Virus record (IMG/VR): IMGVR_UViG_3300017963_000051
Location: 1 to 60,966 of that record
Length of the DNA: 60,966 nucleotides
From: a virus
Taxonomy: Duplodnaviria; Caudoviricetes
Strand: one strand, 5' to 3'
The position numbers and the translations under genes were made by a program. The notes below the pieces were generated by a model, which was not told where the DNA came from, did not search any database, and saw only the letters and a list, made by a program, of their open reading frames with translations. Positions 28,901-38,270 of this stretch are shown here, piece by piece (position 1 is the stretch's first letter; each line of letters opens with the position of its first letter).

Positions 28901-31519
28901 CTTCTCCTTCGGGGGTGGGGCTGGGATGTCCGTCGTCTCGACTCGGGCCCCCAACGACTGAGCCATGGACTGTGCCAGCGTCGGCTTGTCCGTCCACCAC
29001 GCCTTGCGATCCCTGTCCCACTCGAACCCCGCCTTGCGAAGCTGGATGCGTTGGGGGTAGGTCGTCCCTTGTAGGTAGATCTTCGTACCAGGCTTCGCCT
29101 CGGGCATCTCCATCGCCACAGTCGCCGTGGCGGGCTCGCCCATGAGCCACTTGCTCGACTCGTTCAGGGCCATGGAAACGCGCTCACGCATATCCTCCAC
29201 AGTCTTCACGTTTTTCCAGTTCCACGACTTGCCGCGGGACTCGTCTTCCATCTCCTGCACAGAGAGATCACCCGAACTGCCTGCGAACCAGACCACCTGC
29301 AAAGCACGAGTGCTGTACTCCCGAGGACTCTCAAACGCCCACTGGTAGTCCGAGCCGGTCATCTCCCCGAACTGGAAGTTCGTCAGCTTCAGGCCGCGGG
29401 TGTCGGCGAAGTCCATGGCCGCCTTGCGTACCGCCTTTTGCGCCAGGATGGTCGGCTTGCTCGCCTTCTCTTCTTCACGCACCTGAAGTTCGACCATACC
29501 GCGTACGCGCGGGTGTCTCGACTGCTGCCCATGGGTCACGATGCGGTTGACGTCTGCCAAAGTTGCCCGGCGACCCTCGTCAATGTCGTAGATCAACTCC
29601 CCGCCTTGGAGCTTGGGCACCACCTGAAACACCCGCCAATCCTTGTGCCTCGGGTGTTGGGCCAACACTTCGTACGCCGGTTCGAGATCGAAACCTTCCG
29701 GCCACAAGCGAATCCCTCGCGTGAACTTGGCGAAAGCAGTACCCTCAGAAGCAGCCTCACGCATCCACTTCTCAAACGCGACGGCTCCGTGATCCGAAAG
29801 AGTGAAGATGTTTTCGGATTGCCAAACCGAAGGCGGTGCCGGGTTCGGGTAGTAGGGATCTCGCAATCGGATGATGCGCTCCCGCTCCGCCTCCCGAGCT
29901 TTCTTCTGCTGGACTTCACCTGAAGTTTCTTCAAGGATCGTCTCTAGGGGAGTGAACTCTCTTGCCCTCCCCCCGTTGCGCTGGATGAACGGCACGAGAC
30001 CGGGGATCTTGTAGATCTTCTCCGACAACTCACTAGGGTCTCGGGTGGTCCAGACCTCCGGGTACTTCGCCAACACCTCCCCCACCTTGAGCGCCATCGC
30101 CTTGCTCACTCGCGGGGCGTCGTTGTGAAACGCACGCATCCCCGAAAACTCATGAGACAGCGCGTATCCGCTACTGCCTGGGGCTTTGTGAACGATCAAC
30201 CCCGGAGTCAACACCCACGCCTTGACCGTAGGTGCTTCCTTCGCCGCCGCAGACTTCGCCAAAGTGACTTCCTTTGAGGGAAAACCTTTCAACGAAGCTG
30301 CTTTCATCCTGGCGGCTTCCTTGGCAACACCTTGGGCTTTTTCTTCCCCCGTACCCCGGAAGAATGCGGCCCCCCGCTCCAACACCTCGCGGGGGATACT
30401 GCCAAGCCGCTTTTGGGCTTGTACGTGATCCGCATTCGACGTGCCATAGGCCCCGAGAGACTTGAAGCTCGCAACTAGGGCGTCGTACACATTGAGATTT
30501 GAAGGTCGGGCCTCTTGCGTGACTTCCTGATCTCCAGGGAGCACTTTCCCCCAAGAGATCACCGTGTACCCCTTTGTCGACGAAGGCTCAAAAGTGACAC
30601 CAGGAAGGGCTTTCACTAGGGCATCCCGAACCATGCGAAGCCCCTGGCGCTTGTCTGCGGCAGTGGGCTTCTGCACAAAGGTCGCAGACATGCGAGACGC
30701 AAGCAAAGCCTCGCGCACCACATCGGCGTCACTCGATTTCGCAGCGTCCGTAAACGGAACGCTCTTCAAAAAAGCGTCCCTCTTCGAGAGAGGGAGACTT
30801 CCGAGAGACAGCCCCGTGGGAATATGGTCCACAAAGACGTACCCGCCGTAAAGCGCCCCGCGGGCCTTGCGGAACCCGTAGGGGAAGTACACCTCGCCCT
30901 GCACCTGCTCTTTACCCTTCGATGTCGTGATCTCATAGAGATCGCCCCGAGGTTCGGGCACCTTTGATTTACTCGCCTTCGGAGCCGGAACCAGCTTCGG
31001 CTTGCTCGCCTTCTCCACCTCCGCCTGCACTCGCTTCGTGGCCCGGTCCCGCAGCGCCTTCGCCGGCTCCGAAGGTGCCTTCACATTCCAGCTCACGACC
31101 CAATAGCCATCGGCTCTCTGGTCGAGGCGAATGTTGGTCGCCCCCTTCATCTTCAAGCGCATGGCAAACTCCTGAGCCGACGAATACTCGCGGTAGACCT
31201 CCTCTTCTCGGACAGTGCGTCCGGCCTCGGGAGCCTTCGGCTTGCTCGCCTTCTCAACCTCCGCCTGCACTCGCTTCGTGGCCCGGTCCCGCAGCGCCTT
31301 CGCCGGCTCCGAAGATCCCTTCTCGAACACCGCAAGCTCCATCATCGAGCCGTCCGGCTTGACCGCCACCAGCTCATAGGCGGGCGGCTTGGTCATGCGC
31401 CCGAGCATCCGGAAACGGATGTCGGTGCCCCCGATGTTGAACGCCTGGCTTTCGCTCGCCACGCGCCCGTACCCGGGCAGGTTGATCTCGACAGGACTCC
31501 ACTTGACGGTCGGTGCCAT
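25994..31519 (-). CDS. Giant mosaic (polyvalent-type) protein with DUF3560-like domain and Lys/Ala-rich tail
   Basis: IPLGQPILKGHHSEKRHR, ISSDDP, GFRWSRNEGAWQR; internal duplications; start 31519 after gTGgTAGACT. Confidence 0.88.
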   Translation of the reverse strand: MAPTVKWSPVEINLPGYGRVASESQAFNIGGTDIRFRMLGRMTKPPAYELVAVKPDGSMMELAVFEKGSSEPAKALRDRATKRVQAEVEKASKPKAPEAGRTVREEEVYREYSSAQEFAMRLKMKGATNIRLDQRADGYWVVSWNVKAPSEPAKALRDRATKRVQAEVEKASKPKLVPAPKASKSKVPEPRGDLYEITTSKGKEQVQGEVYFPYGFRKARGALYGGYVFVDHIPTGLSLGSLPLSKRDAFLKSVPFTDAAKSSDADVVREALLASRMSATFVQKPTAADKRQGLRMVRDALVKALPGVTFEPSSTKGYTVISWGKVLPGDQEVTQEARPSNLNVYDALVASFKSLGAYGTSNADHVQAQKRLGSIPREVLERGAAFFRGTGEEKAQGVAKEAARMKAASLKGFPSKEVTLAKSAAAKEAPTVKAWVLTPGLIVHKAPGSSGYALSHEFSGMRAFHNDAPRVSKAMALKVGEVLAKYPEVWTTRDPSELSEKIYKIPGLVPFIQRNGGRAREFTPLETILEETSGEVQQKKAREAERERIIRLRDPYYPNPAPPSVWQSENIFTLSDHGAVAFEKWMREAASEGTAFAKFTRGIRLWPEGFDLEPAYEVLAQHPRHKDWRVFQVVPKLQGGELIYDIDEGRRATLADVNRIVTHGQQSRHPRVRGMVELQVREEEKASKPTILAQKAVRKAAMDFADTRGLKLTNFQFGEMTGSDYQWAFESPREYSTRALQVVWFAGSSGDLSVQEMEDESRGKSWNWKNVKTVEDMRERVSMALNESSKWLMGEPATATVAMEMPEAKPGTKIYLQGTTYPQRIQLRKAGFEWDRDRKAWWTDKPTLAQSMAQSLGARVETTDIPAPPPKEKPKKGKDKLSPKVREGLDKLVAGLQQHHHSKRPHLYVVGKKWAKIGPESSFHPGTLAEAFLFVDVNTGEVREAVSFKAPKDADIGVKVWDYNPLLRPFEQKQFGRKPAEPEGRKPTLAQSMAQSLGARVETTDIPAPPPKEKPKKGEDKISPKMREGLDRLVVGLERHSKIPGEKFAYVVGKRWAKVGRKARDRDKPGEAFLFVDVKTGEVRRAASWSQPRDTDVGVDVWAYDPAKPYYSQREIPTAKEKRQQVVDKAIASIEAKQKAEPEGRKLGVGREDYEERKEARIERLEERAAKKKAEAEARWQSSGERASRIPLGQPILKGHHSEKRHRRDIERIQADSRKSVEARREAEELERRAAAAEASGAISSDDPKALEKLQKKLAYMEAQREQIKRFSRLARKGDQEAISRIAKYLGPSASYHKPEKGYPSYVLSNLGANIRRVKERIEELEKRAERTARQTEIGDWEIVENPDVNRTQMRTKYDRRATDEEKKALKSYGFRWSRNEGAWQRQISNAAWYAAEQVAKISEKAGGMSKFAVTDAQRKAAEALMKRAEPFRTYGDLYDRGVDNSANRLHDFLGRADGRSGVDTFMKELRVRVEAAEKARKEREAKEQAAAAAKREPKKGKKKAPRMSREAREKAARAAQLDACPAALYQWEMWHRDENTPSRELRQDVQRAFAPVLKSFLKAKKAGETAVKARRGTKTYDTKVAAFKAAEKSYQDAIDGMMAELEWDVDFEGEDVVDARKEIDRCARDTAGGEASARAKRAAEIEAMRKAQGGLFAFDVPKPESKKAPSKPKAKPAKKAPSKPKAKPAKKAPSKPKAKPAKKAPSKPKKPSRAAKGKRKEMTDKQCQEAMLELLKRTPATDPGLAKHFGISLYKAQKMRRALKGKVMRVGTRGCHSVYAAKDPIARSNAARMVHAKTTCEVPGVPAAAKKAKRRDKPAKPKKKAATKKRQPKAKVVYFA
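26391..26523. repeat. 36-bp tandem repeat (about 3.6 units) encoding KKAPSKPKAKPA
   Basis: Visible in DNA and protein. Confidence 0.9.
28466..28988. repeat. About 100-bp direct repeat (28466-28565 / 28889-28988)
   Basis: Each copy precedes a copy of a duplicated domain. Confidence 0.9.
30995..31314. repeat. 80-bp direct repeat (30995-31074 / 31235-31314)
   Basis: One mismatch; encodes SEPAKALRDRATKRVQAEVEKASKPK. Confidence 0.9.
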
Positions 31520-31546
31520 GGCACCGGAGTCTACCACGCGCCGCGG

Positions 31547-31783
31547 CTAGGGGGGTAGGGACGAAATCAGTTCCCGGTGGGCCTCGATGTCCGCCACAGC
31601 TCCCCGGACCGTCCACGACGCCCCGTAGTTCTTCACGCCCCAGCCATCGTCCGGCCACTCGGCCAACGCCCACCGCACCCGACCGTCCCGAGCCCGCCAC
31701 ACGTGGTACTTCTCGTCCTCCGTCACCAGAATGGCGACAGACCCCTTCGACGTCTCCACGACGCCGCTTTTCAGTCTCTCCAT
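31547..31783 (-). CDS. Hypothetical protein
   Basis: AGGAG RBS. Confidence 0.6.
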   Translation of the reverse strand: MERLKSGVVETSKGSVAILVTEDEKYHVWRARDGRVRWALAEWPDDGWGVKNYGASWTVRGAVADIEAHRELISSLPP

Positions 31784-31790
31784 GGCTCTC

Positions 31791-32198
31791 CTAGCCGATG
31801 TACGTGATCCGGCGGGCTCGGCCCCCGCCCTTGCTCTCGCGGGCCTTCTCCGCCCGCTCCACGGCTCGCGTGGCGAACCTGTCACCCGGGGACCCGCCCC
31901 ACAGGTCCGACGCCCCGATGACCTTGTCGTCCATCGGCGTCCGCCCCAGAGCCTCCAGCTCTTGGATGCGAGATCTCCACCTCGGGAAGAAGTGGGTCAC
32001 CTTGCGCGCGTCTACCGCACGCCCCGACGCCATGGCACGAGCCATGGACCGGCCAGCACTCGTGCCGAACTGGCGCGACTTCGGGAGCTTCTTTAGCGCC
32101 CACAGGGCGCGCAAGGCCCGACGTTGGGCCGCCTCCGGGAAGACGACCCACACCGGATCTGCGGACTGCGGGCCGCCCTTACGCGGTGCCTTCGCCAC
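31791..32198 (-). CDS. Phage protein with GTxxG..AR..FFxR..LWGG domain
   Basis: Motif resembles a domain recurrent in phage head-associated proteins. Confidence 0.65.
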   Translation of the reverse strand: MAKAPRKGGPQSADPVWVVFPEAAQRRALRALWALKKLPKSRQFGTSAGRSMARAMASGRAVDARKVTHFFPRWRSRIQELEALGRTPMDDKVIGASDLWGGSPGDRFATRAVERAEKARESKGGGRARRITYIG

Positions 32199-32484
32199 CG
32201 ACCTGCACCTCGGCGACGGGGTTCAGGCGGACGGTCGCCCGCTCGCGCCCGTAGCTGCCCACCTGGACGGTGATCCAGAGCTGCTCGGGGATGTCTCGGT
32301 CGCCCCACGTCAGTTCGTAGCGACCGGGGCCGAGCTTCTCGCACTCGATGTCGCGGTGCTTCTCGACGATCGCCACGGGATCGTCAGTCGGCCAGCCCTT
32401 GTGGTTCTCGACCCGGAAAAACGCCTTGCGCTGGCCCGGGTAGATCTTCTGGTTCACGGGTAGAATCTGGTTGGAATGGGGCAT
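32179..32484 (-). CDS. Hypothetical protein
   Basis: Starts just after the polymerase stop. Confidence 0.6.
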   Translation of the reverse strand: MPHSNQILPVNQKIYPGQRKAFFRVENHKGWPTDDPVAIVEKHRDIECEKLGPGRYELTWGDRDIPEQLWITVQVGSYGRERATVRLNPVAEVQVGGEGTA

Positions 32485-32486
32485 CG

Positions 32487-34439
32487 CTAGCTCCAGGCTA
32501 CCATACGTCCGGTAGCATCGTACTTCGGTTCGTCAAACTTCTTACTCCAGTAGCGCATCGCCGTAGCCTCTGCGCGGACTGGCACATCTGGGCACGTGCG
32601 GTTGTACTCGTCGCACATGACCTTCTCCAGCTCGACCGCGCATTCGTGGATGCGGGTCTCGGGGACTTCGAGAATCAACTCATCGTGGACGAAGTTCACG
32701 ATCGCCGTGCCGTACAGGGCCGAGTTCGCCACGTCAAACTGACGGCGCGTCACCTCCCACAGCGCTGCCTTCGCTCCGTGTGCCGTAAGGTGCTGGAAGG
32801 GGAAGTTGCAGCACGCCGTGTACGTCATGCGTCCTCGGGTGAACTTCGTCACCGGGTGCGTCATGTAGTAGCGGTTATTTCGTTCGTGCCTGCGAATCCA
32901 CTCGAAGTATTCGCTCATCTCCACCCACTGCTCGCCCCAACGACGACGCAGGCCCACGCACTCGTCCATCTCCAGGGCCAGCCCGTACGCCTGTGCGTAG
33001 CCGTAGAAGCGCTTGGGGCTCATGCCTCCCGGGAACCCGAAGTTTGCCGCCTTGCTCATCTGGCGCGTCTCTTTGACGCGGTGGCGGTCGAACACTTCTC
33101 CGGTCGGGGCCTCCCACCGTTCGAGCGCCTTTTTGCGGATCTGCACGGCAATGTCGTAGGGGATCCCCAGAATGTTCGCCGCCATCGCCAAGTGCGGGTC
33201 TCGGCCAGCGTTGAGCGCGTCTGCGAGCTTGCTGTGCTTGAAGACCGTCATGCACACCTGGGCGAGCGAGTGCAGCTCCGCGGCTCCGTAGTCGCAGGCC
33301 AGGAGCACGTTGCCCTCGCGCGGCACGAAGCACTCGCGCACGCCCATCTCGATGCCGTCCACGCCTCGCCGTAGATTCTGGATGTTCGGACTGCTGCTCG
33401 ACGTGCGACCCGTCTCCATGAGCGGCTCAAAACGGCTTTGGATCGGGATGACCTTGCCGCGTTCGAGGAAGCGCACGTCCTTTTTGATGAGGTTCTGGAG
33501 CTTGGCAAACCGGGCGTAGTCTTTGAGCACCGCATCCCCAGACTGCACGCACGCATCTTCATCGAGCGCCACATAGCCGCGCTCGATGGCTTCGCGGTAC
33601 GCCACGTCTCGGCGCCCTCTCGAATCCTGGATGAAGCGGATACCCGTTGGCGTCAGCTTCAGGTCGTCGCCAGACGCCGCCACCATGCGCTCTTTGGCGA
33701 CCTTCGTCTGGCGCTTGCCGTCGCTCGATACCAGGCCCTCCGCTTCGAGCCGTATCTGCAACTGCGCAAGCTGTCGGTGGGCTTCCTCCGAGAGCTTGCG
33801 GACCCTCTCGGGGTCCGTGCGGATCCCCCAGCACGACATCAGGTGCAAAGCCACGTGCGCTTTGACGTGGAGAGGCTCGCACGCGAGCACGTTCGGGTCG
33901 CCCTCGATGTCCTGGCGACGGTGCACCCGCAGTGTCGCCTCAGCATCCTCGGCCGCATAGTCGCGGGCCCCTGCCGGCCACTGCTCCACCGGGAGCCGGT
34001 CCAGCTCGTGATATTTCAGCCGCCATGTGTCTTTGTCGAGCTGCACGGCCCCCCGCGTCAGTCGGGAGACGATGTCGGCCAGCCCATAGTGGATCTTCCT
34101 GACGTTGCCCTCTTCGTCTTCGTCCATCCGGTACCACCCGGCGGAGATGTCGATGAGTTTTTGTCGGGTCTGTACGTCGTGGATGCGACCGTCGTCGACC
34201 GCCTCAAAGATGTTCGGCACCAGCTCGGGAAACGTCGTGGCAAACACCGCGAGATCGTAGGGGGCATTCGCGTAGGTGCTCTCTTCGTGGTCGAGCACAT
34301 GCCGGATCAACTCCAGCGCTCGGGGGTCGTCTCGGTGCAACACCCCCCGCTCTTCGCCATGCGCCCACGACACGCAGACCATCCTCGGAGCCAGGATGGA
34401 CGGCACGATGAGAAAGGTCTCCGTGTCGAGGGCGTACAT
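32487..34439 (-). CDS. polA: Family A DNA polymerase with 3'-5' exonuclease domain
   Basis: ALDTET, ETGRTSSSSPNIQN, CDYGAAEL, RQMSKAANFG, VHDEL. Confidence 0.97.
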   Translation of the reverse strand: MYALDTETFLIVPSILAPRMVCVSWAHGEERGVLHRDDPRALELIRHVLDHEESTYANAPYDLAVFATTFPELVPNIFEAVDDGRIHDVQTRQKLIDISAGWYRMDEDEEGNVRKIHYGLADIVSRLTRGAVQLDKDTWRLKYHELDRLPVEQWPAGARDYAAEDAEATLRVHRRQDIEGDPNVLACEPLHVKAHVALHLMSCWGIRTDPERVRKLSEEAHRQLAQLQIRLEAEGLVSSDGKRQTKVAKERMVAASGDDLKLTPTGIRFIQDSRGRRDVAYREAIERGYVALDEDACVQSGDAVLKDYARFAKLQNLIKKDVRFLERGKVIPIQSRFEPLMETGRTSSSSPNIQNLRRGVDGIEMGVRECFVPREGNVLLACDYGAAELHSLAQVCMTVFKHSKLADALNAGRDPHLAMAANILGIPYDIAVQIRKKALERWEAPTGEVFDRHRVKETRQMSKAANFGFPGGMSPKRFYGYAQAYGLALEMDECVGLRRRWGEQWVEMSEYFEWIRRHERNNRYYMTHPVTKFTRGRMTYTACCNFPFQHLTAHGAKAALWEVTRRQFDVANSALYGTAIVNFVHDELILEVPETRIHECAVELEKVMCDEYNRTCPDVPVRAEATAMRYWSKKFDEPKYDATGRMVAWS

Positions 34440-34453
34440 GCTTGCTCCTGTCT

Positions 34454-34939
34454 CTATCCGGCCTGGAGCCGCTCCTGGACCTCGGCGATCTCCTCATCGC
34501 TCAGAGGACGGTACGTGTGCACCGTGAAGGGGTTGCCAGCCTGCGTCTCGGTCATCGAACACTCCAGGCCCACCCAGGCGTTGCGAAGCGGCTGGGAGTC
34601 GCTGCACGCCGCCTCCGCCACCTGCGAGTTGATCTGCTTGTTCGCCTCATCGCTGAACGGGTCGAGCCCGTACGCCGCGGCGAGAAACCGCTTCAGGTTG
34701 AGGGGTCCCAGCTCCGAGGAGAGCCCGCAGTACCAGGCGTGCACGATGCCAGGCTTGATCTCCGGGTTGTTGCTCTCGATGGGCATCATCTCGACGATGA
34801 CCGCATCCCCCTTCGTGCGGGTCTCCAGGAACTTGACCTCCTGGATCTGGACAACGTAGTTGCCCTCCTTGAAGTAGGGACGACGACTGCCGTTGTTGCT
34901 GGTTGCGTCTGCGCTGTCGATGCTTCTCAAACTGCTCAT
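34454..34939 (-). CDS. Putative single-stranded DNA-binding protein
   Basis: Between helicase and polymerase; YFKEGNYVVQIQEV OB-like pattern. Confidence 0.65.
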   Translation of the reverse strand: MSSLRSIDSADATSNNGSRRPYFKEGNYVVQIQEVKFLETRTKGDAVIVEMMPIESNNPEIKPGIVHAWYCGLSSELGPLNLKRFLAAAYGLDPFSDEANKQINSQVAEAACSDSQPLRNAWVGLECSMTETQAGNPFTVHTYRPLSDEEIAEVQERLQAG

Positions 34940-36744
34940 TTCTCTTTCCCTTTCCGTTTGTTCTCTTTCTCGATGTCCTCGCGGACACTTCCAAGCTCGC
35001 CGACAAGGTCAGCGACCAGGAGCTTTTGCGGGCTCTGCGTCAGCGCTCGTTGGTAGAGCGCGTCGCGGTATGCCTGCTTGAACCCTTCGAGCACCTTCGA
35101 GTGCCCGATGTGCACGTCCCCCGTAACCTCGTCCGCCATCTGCCCCTTGCGGTGCGTGCGTCCGAGAAGCTGCTCGGCCACTCGCCCGCTCGTCGGGAAG
35201 CTCAGCATGAGGTTGTGGTTCCATGCCTGGAGGTTGCGACCCTCCGCGTTTGCAGCGATGGACAGGGCGATGGTCTGGCCCTCACGGTCCTCGACATACG
35301 TGCCCGTCGCGTCGAGGCCCTGGTTGTGGTGGTAGGGGATCCCCGCGTTCTTTTCCAGCCACCGCCCGACCGCGATGTGCTCGACCCACACCAGGGTCGG
35401 TCGTTTCGGGATGCGCTTCACGAGCTGTTTCATCGGCTCGTGCGAGACCCACACGGGAACCGTGTTGATCTTGTAGATCCCCCTCACGTTGCGCCACGCC
35501 AGCAGCTCCTCTGCGCCGTGCGGCCGAGCCCCGTGCTCGATGGCGCGGTCGATCGCCTGGGCAATGCGAAGCTCCGAGTCCAGATCGGGCAGTTCGCGCT
35601 CCAAGGTCTCACGCACAAAACGCCACCAGGCGTTACGAGCCCGCATCCACGGGGCGGGGGGCGGTGGCTCCCACTTGTAGTAGAACCCGAGCACAAGCTG
35701 TCTCGACACGCGCCACACGTCGGCCGGCGTGCACTCCTCCCCGTTCGGGGCAACGAAGCTGTGCACCAGATCGTCGAGAAACGGCTCGACGGTGGGCGGC
35801 AGCTTCACCGAGAACCCATCGAGAATGAGGGACGAGTCGACCCCCGCAAGCGGCGTGTGAATCACCCCCGGCGACTCGTGGATCCTCCGAGCAAGGCCCT
35901 GGCGCACCGTCGTCAGGCTCACCTCGCCTTCGACCAGATCGACGAGCACCCCAGGGTGTACCCGCTGCTTGACCTTCTCGTCCACGGCACGAGCCCACCT
36001 TCGCAGCTCCTCTTCATGTCGCGGCAGCGGTGACCGATACCCGAGCGACCACAAGGCCAGGTGACCGAAGTCGCGCAGAGATCGACTCGTGAGCGTGCCC
36101 GACATTGCCACAAACGCACACTCGTCATGCTCCCGCAGGTAGCGCTCGACACGTCGCGTCACCGCGGCCTTGCGGTTTTTCAGTCGGTGGGCTTCGTCGC
36201 ACACAATGAGGTCCGGGTTCACGCGGTCGAGCAGATCGTGCCAGTTCGCCCGGCTCAGCTTTTCATACGAAATGATTTTGTAGCCCCGGTGCGGGTGCCA
36301 GTGCGGAAGCAGTGCCCGGAAGTCGCGGCGCGTCTTCTCTCGGAGCTTGGCGGGGACAATGAGGATCGGGCGCTGCGCCTGGAGCACCATCGGGGCAAGG
36401 TAGGTGATCAAGGTCTTCCCCTCCCCCACGCCGATGAAGCCGAGCAAGCCACGCACGGCACGGATCGCCGCAAGCGATGCCGCCTGGACAGGTCGCAGGC
36501 TCATGGTCCCGCTAGGCGTCTTCAGAGCCCGAGTGTACTCCGCGATGGTCTGTTCGAGACCGTCGTCCTCGTTCCAGTCGTAGACCGGCAACGAGCTAAT
36601 GCGGAGCCACTCCGGCGTCGCTTCCACCCTTCCCGCGCACCCTCGATAGCCCTCCGGGGCTGGCGAGGATGACGGGCTCTCCGTGTCAGGGTCGGGGTCG
36701 AAGTGTCGCTCGAAGATCGCCTGGATGTTGGGCGACTCGCTCAC
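34936..36744 (-). CDS. SNF2-like SF2 helicase
   Basis: GVGEGKT, CDEAH, MSGT, EGRNLQ, EQLLGRTHRKGQ. Confidence 0.93.
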   Translation of the reverse strand: MSESPNIQAIFERHFDPDPDTESPSSSPAPEGYRGCAGRVEATPEWLRISSLPVYDWNEDDGLEQTIAEYTRALKTPSGTMSLRPVQAASLAAIRAVRGLLGFIGVGEGKTLITYLAPMVLQAQRPILIVPAKLREKTRRDFRALLPHWHPHRGYKIISYEKLSRANWHDLLDRVNPDLIVCDEAHRLKNRKAAVTRRVERYLREHDECAFVAMSGTLTSRSLRDFGHLALWSLGYRSPLPRHEEELRRWARAVDEKVKQRVHPGVLVDLVEGEVSLTTVRQGLARRIHESPGVIHTPLAGVDSSLILDGFSVKLPPTVEPFLDDLVHSFVAPNGEECTPADVWRVSRQLVLGFYYKWEPPPPAPWMRARNAWWRFVRETLERELPDLDSELRIAQAIDRAIEHGARPHGAEELLAWRNVRGIYKINTVPVWVSHEPMKQLVKRIPKRPTLVWVEHIAVGRWLEKNAGIPYHHNQGLDATGTYVEDREGQTIALSIAANAEGRNLQAWNHNLMLSFPTSGRVAEQLLGRTHRKGQMADEVTGDVHIGHSKVLEGFKQAYRDALYQRALTQSPQKLLVADLVGELGSVREDIEKENKRKGKEK

Positions 36745-38270
36745 TTGCCGAACAGCTCGAAGTAGCTCTCCATCGCCTGGTCGGCGTAGTCCAGCGGGCG
36801 CCCTGCTTGGATGCACGCTGCGAGGAGCTGAAGGTACGCGCTCTTCATGTCCTTCGACGCCTTGCCACCGAAGCGCTCGACCAGGCGAGTCCGGATGTCC
36901 TCGGAGGCTAGATCGGTCGCGGACACCTCGGGCGACTTCACCTTCGCCTCGACGACGTTGGCAATCACCTCGGCCTTGTCCGCCTTCGACAGATTGCTCT
37001 GAATCACCCGGTGTTGGGCGCGAGACAGATCTTCCTGGGCCGCGATACTTTTCGGGGCTTCAGGGGGCAGCACCGCACGTGCCGGCTCCGTGCGGGGGGC
37101 GACCGGCAACGGGGGCGCCTGGCGAGCGGGCACGGGAGCAGGCGGGCTCGGAGCAGCGGCGGGTGGCGTCGCAGGAGCCAGCGAAGCTGCCGCAGCACCG
37201 GGGAGTTTCGGGCGCGTCCGGGGCTGCACAGTGCCGAGAGCCTGTGCGGGTGGCAGATCTTCGACGTGCTGTGTCGGGGGCGTGGGCGTCTCGTCGTCCG
37301 CATCTTGCGGCCAGCTCGCCAGCACGGCTTGCGGGTCCATGCCAGGACGTGCGGCCGGCTCTGCCGCCACGGGGACGGGTACAGTGGCAGGCTGCGGAGG
37401 CAGTTCGTTGACGCGAGGGGGCGGGAGTTTGGGCTTTCGTGGCTGCATCTCTTTCTCTTTCCTTTTCGCTTCTTCTCTTCGGTCGGCAATCTCAAACGCG
37501 GAGGTCAGCGACGCCAGCGGCGTGCGCTCGCACCTGTGTCGGTGCGGACAACCGCCATAGTCCGCGCACGCCTCCACATTCGGCTGCAAGTCGTTTGCGG
37601 CGTCGGCAAATCGGGCCTTCTCCATGCGACGCACAAGGTCCTCGACGCGCACGAGGTTGTGTTCCACCTGCTCGGAAGGCAGCGTGACGGACACCTTGCG
37701 GGCCTCGGGCTTGCCTTTCGTCAGGTAGTAGATCCACCTTGCCTCGACCTTGTCCGCACCCGAGCGCTGTAAAGCGTCCGCGGAGTACAACGTCTGCTGG
37801 ATGTCGGAGGCCAACTCGTCGGGCGTCAAAGCCCACTTGAAGTCGGAAGTCGTTTTGTGGTCGATGACCAGCGGGTGACCGTCTACGCGAGGCCCAATGT
37901 AGGCGTCCACGTCGATGTACCCCGTGAAGGGGCAGCCAGCGACCGAGAGGCTGAGCTTGCTTTCGATCCCGAGGATGTCCCGCCTGTGCGGCCAGAACTG
38001 AAAGCCCGGAAACGCGATCTTGTGTTCCTTGCTCTCGTTCGGGCGAAAGGCGTCCACAGCCCCCGCGAGATAGTCCTCGATGACCTTGTGCACCCGCGTA
38101 CCAAGCTCCTGGCTTTTGCTCGGAGGCGGCCGGAACCCTTCGATCTTCTCAAAAGCCCACTTGCGTTCGCAGCGGTCGAACGTCTTTAGCTGACTAGCGC
38201 TGTAGACGTACTTCCCTGCCGAGACGCGCATTTTCTCACGCCTCGTGAGCTTCTTTCGGGGTTGGGGCAT
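36741..38270 (-). CDS. Cas4-like PD-(D/E)XK exonuclease with Pro-rich linker
   Basis: SASQLK..C, GTRVH, GYID, DHKT, QQTLY, C..GGCPHRHRC. Confidence 0.9.
   Translation of the reverse strand: MPQPRKKLTRREKMRVSAGKYVYSASQLKTFDRCERKWAFEKIEGFRPPPSKSQELGTRVHKVIEDYLAGAVDAFRPNESKEHKIAFPGFQFWPHRRDILGIESKLSLSVAGCPFTGYIDVDAYIGPRVDGHPLVIDHKTTSDFKWALTPDELASDIQQTLYSADALQRSGADKVEARWIYYLTKGKPEARKVSVTLPSEQVEHNLVRVEDLVRRMEKARFADAANDLQPNVEACADYGGCPHRHRCERTPLASLTSAFEIADRREEAKRKEKEMQPRKPKLPPPRVNELPPQPATVPVPVAAEPAARPGMDPQAVLASWPQDADDETPTPPTQHVEDLPPAQALGTVQPRTRPKLPGAAAASLAPATPPAAAPSPPAPVPARQAPPLPVAPRTEPARAVLPPEAPKSIAAQEDLSRAQHRVIQSNLSKADKAEVIANVVEAKVKSPEVSATDLASEDIRTRLVERFGGKASKDMKSAYLQLLAACIQAGRPLDYADQAMESYFELFGK

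Noticed and set aside
28466-31314. Diversity-generating retroelement template/variable repeat pairs
   Set aside because: Repeats are in-frame within one gene, nearly identical without adenine-specific mismatches, and there is no reverse transcriptase
25994-31519. Tape measure protein
   Set aside because: Highly charged and mosaic, lacks TMP repeats and TM segments, and has no flanking tail genes
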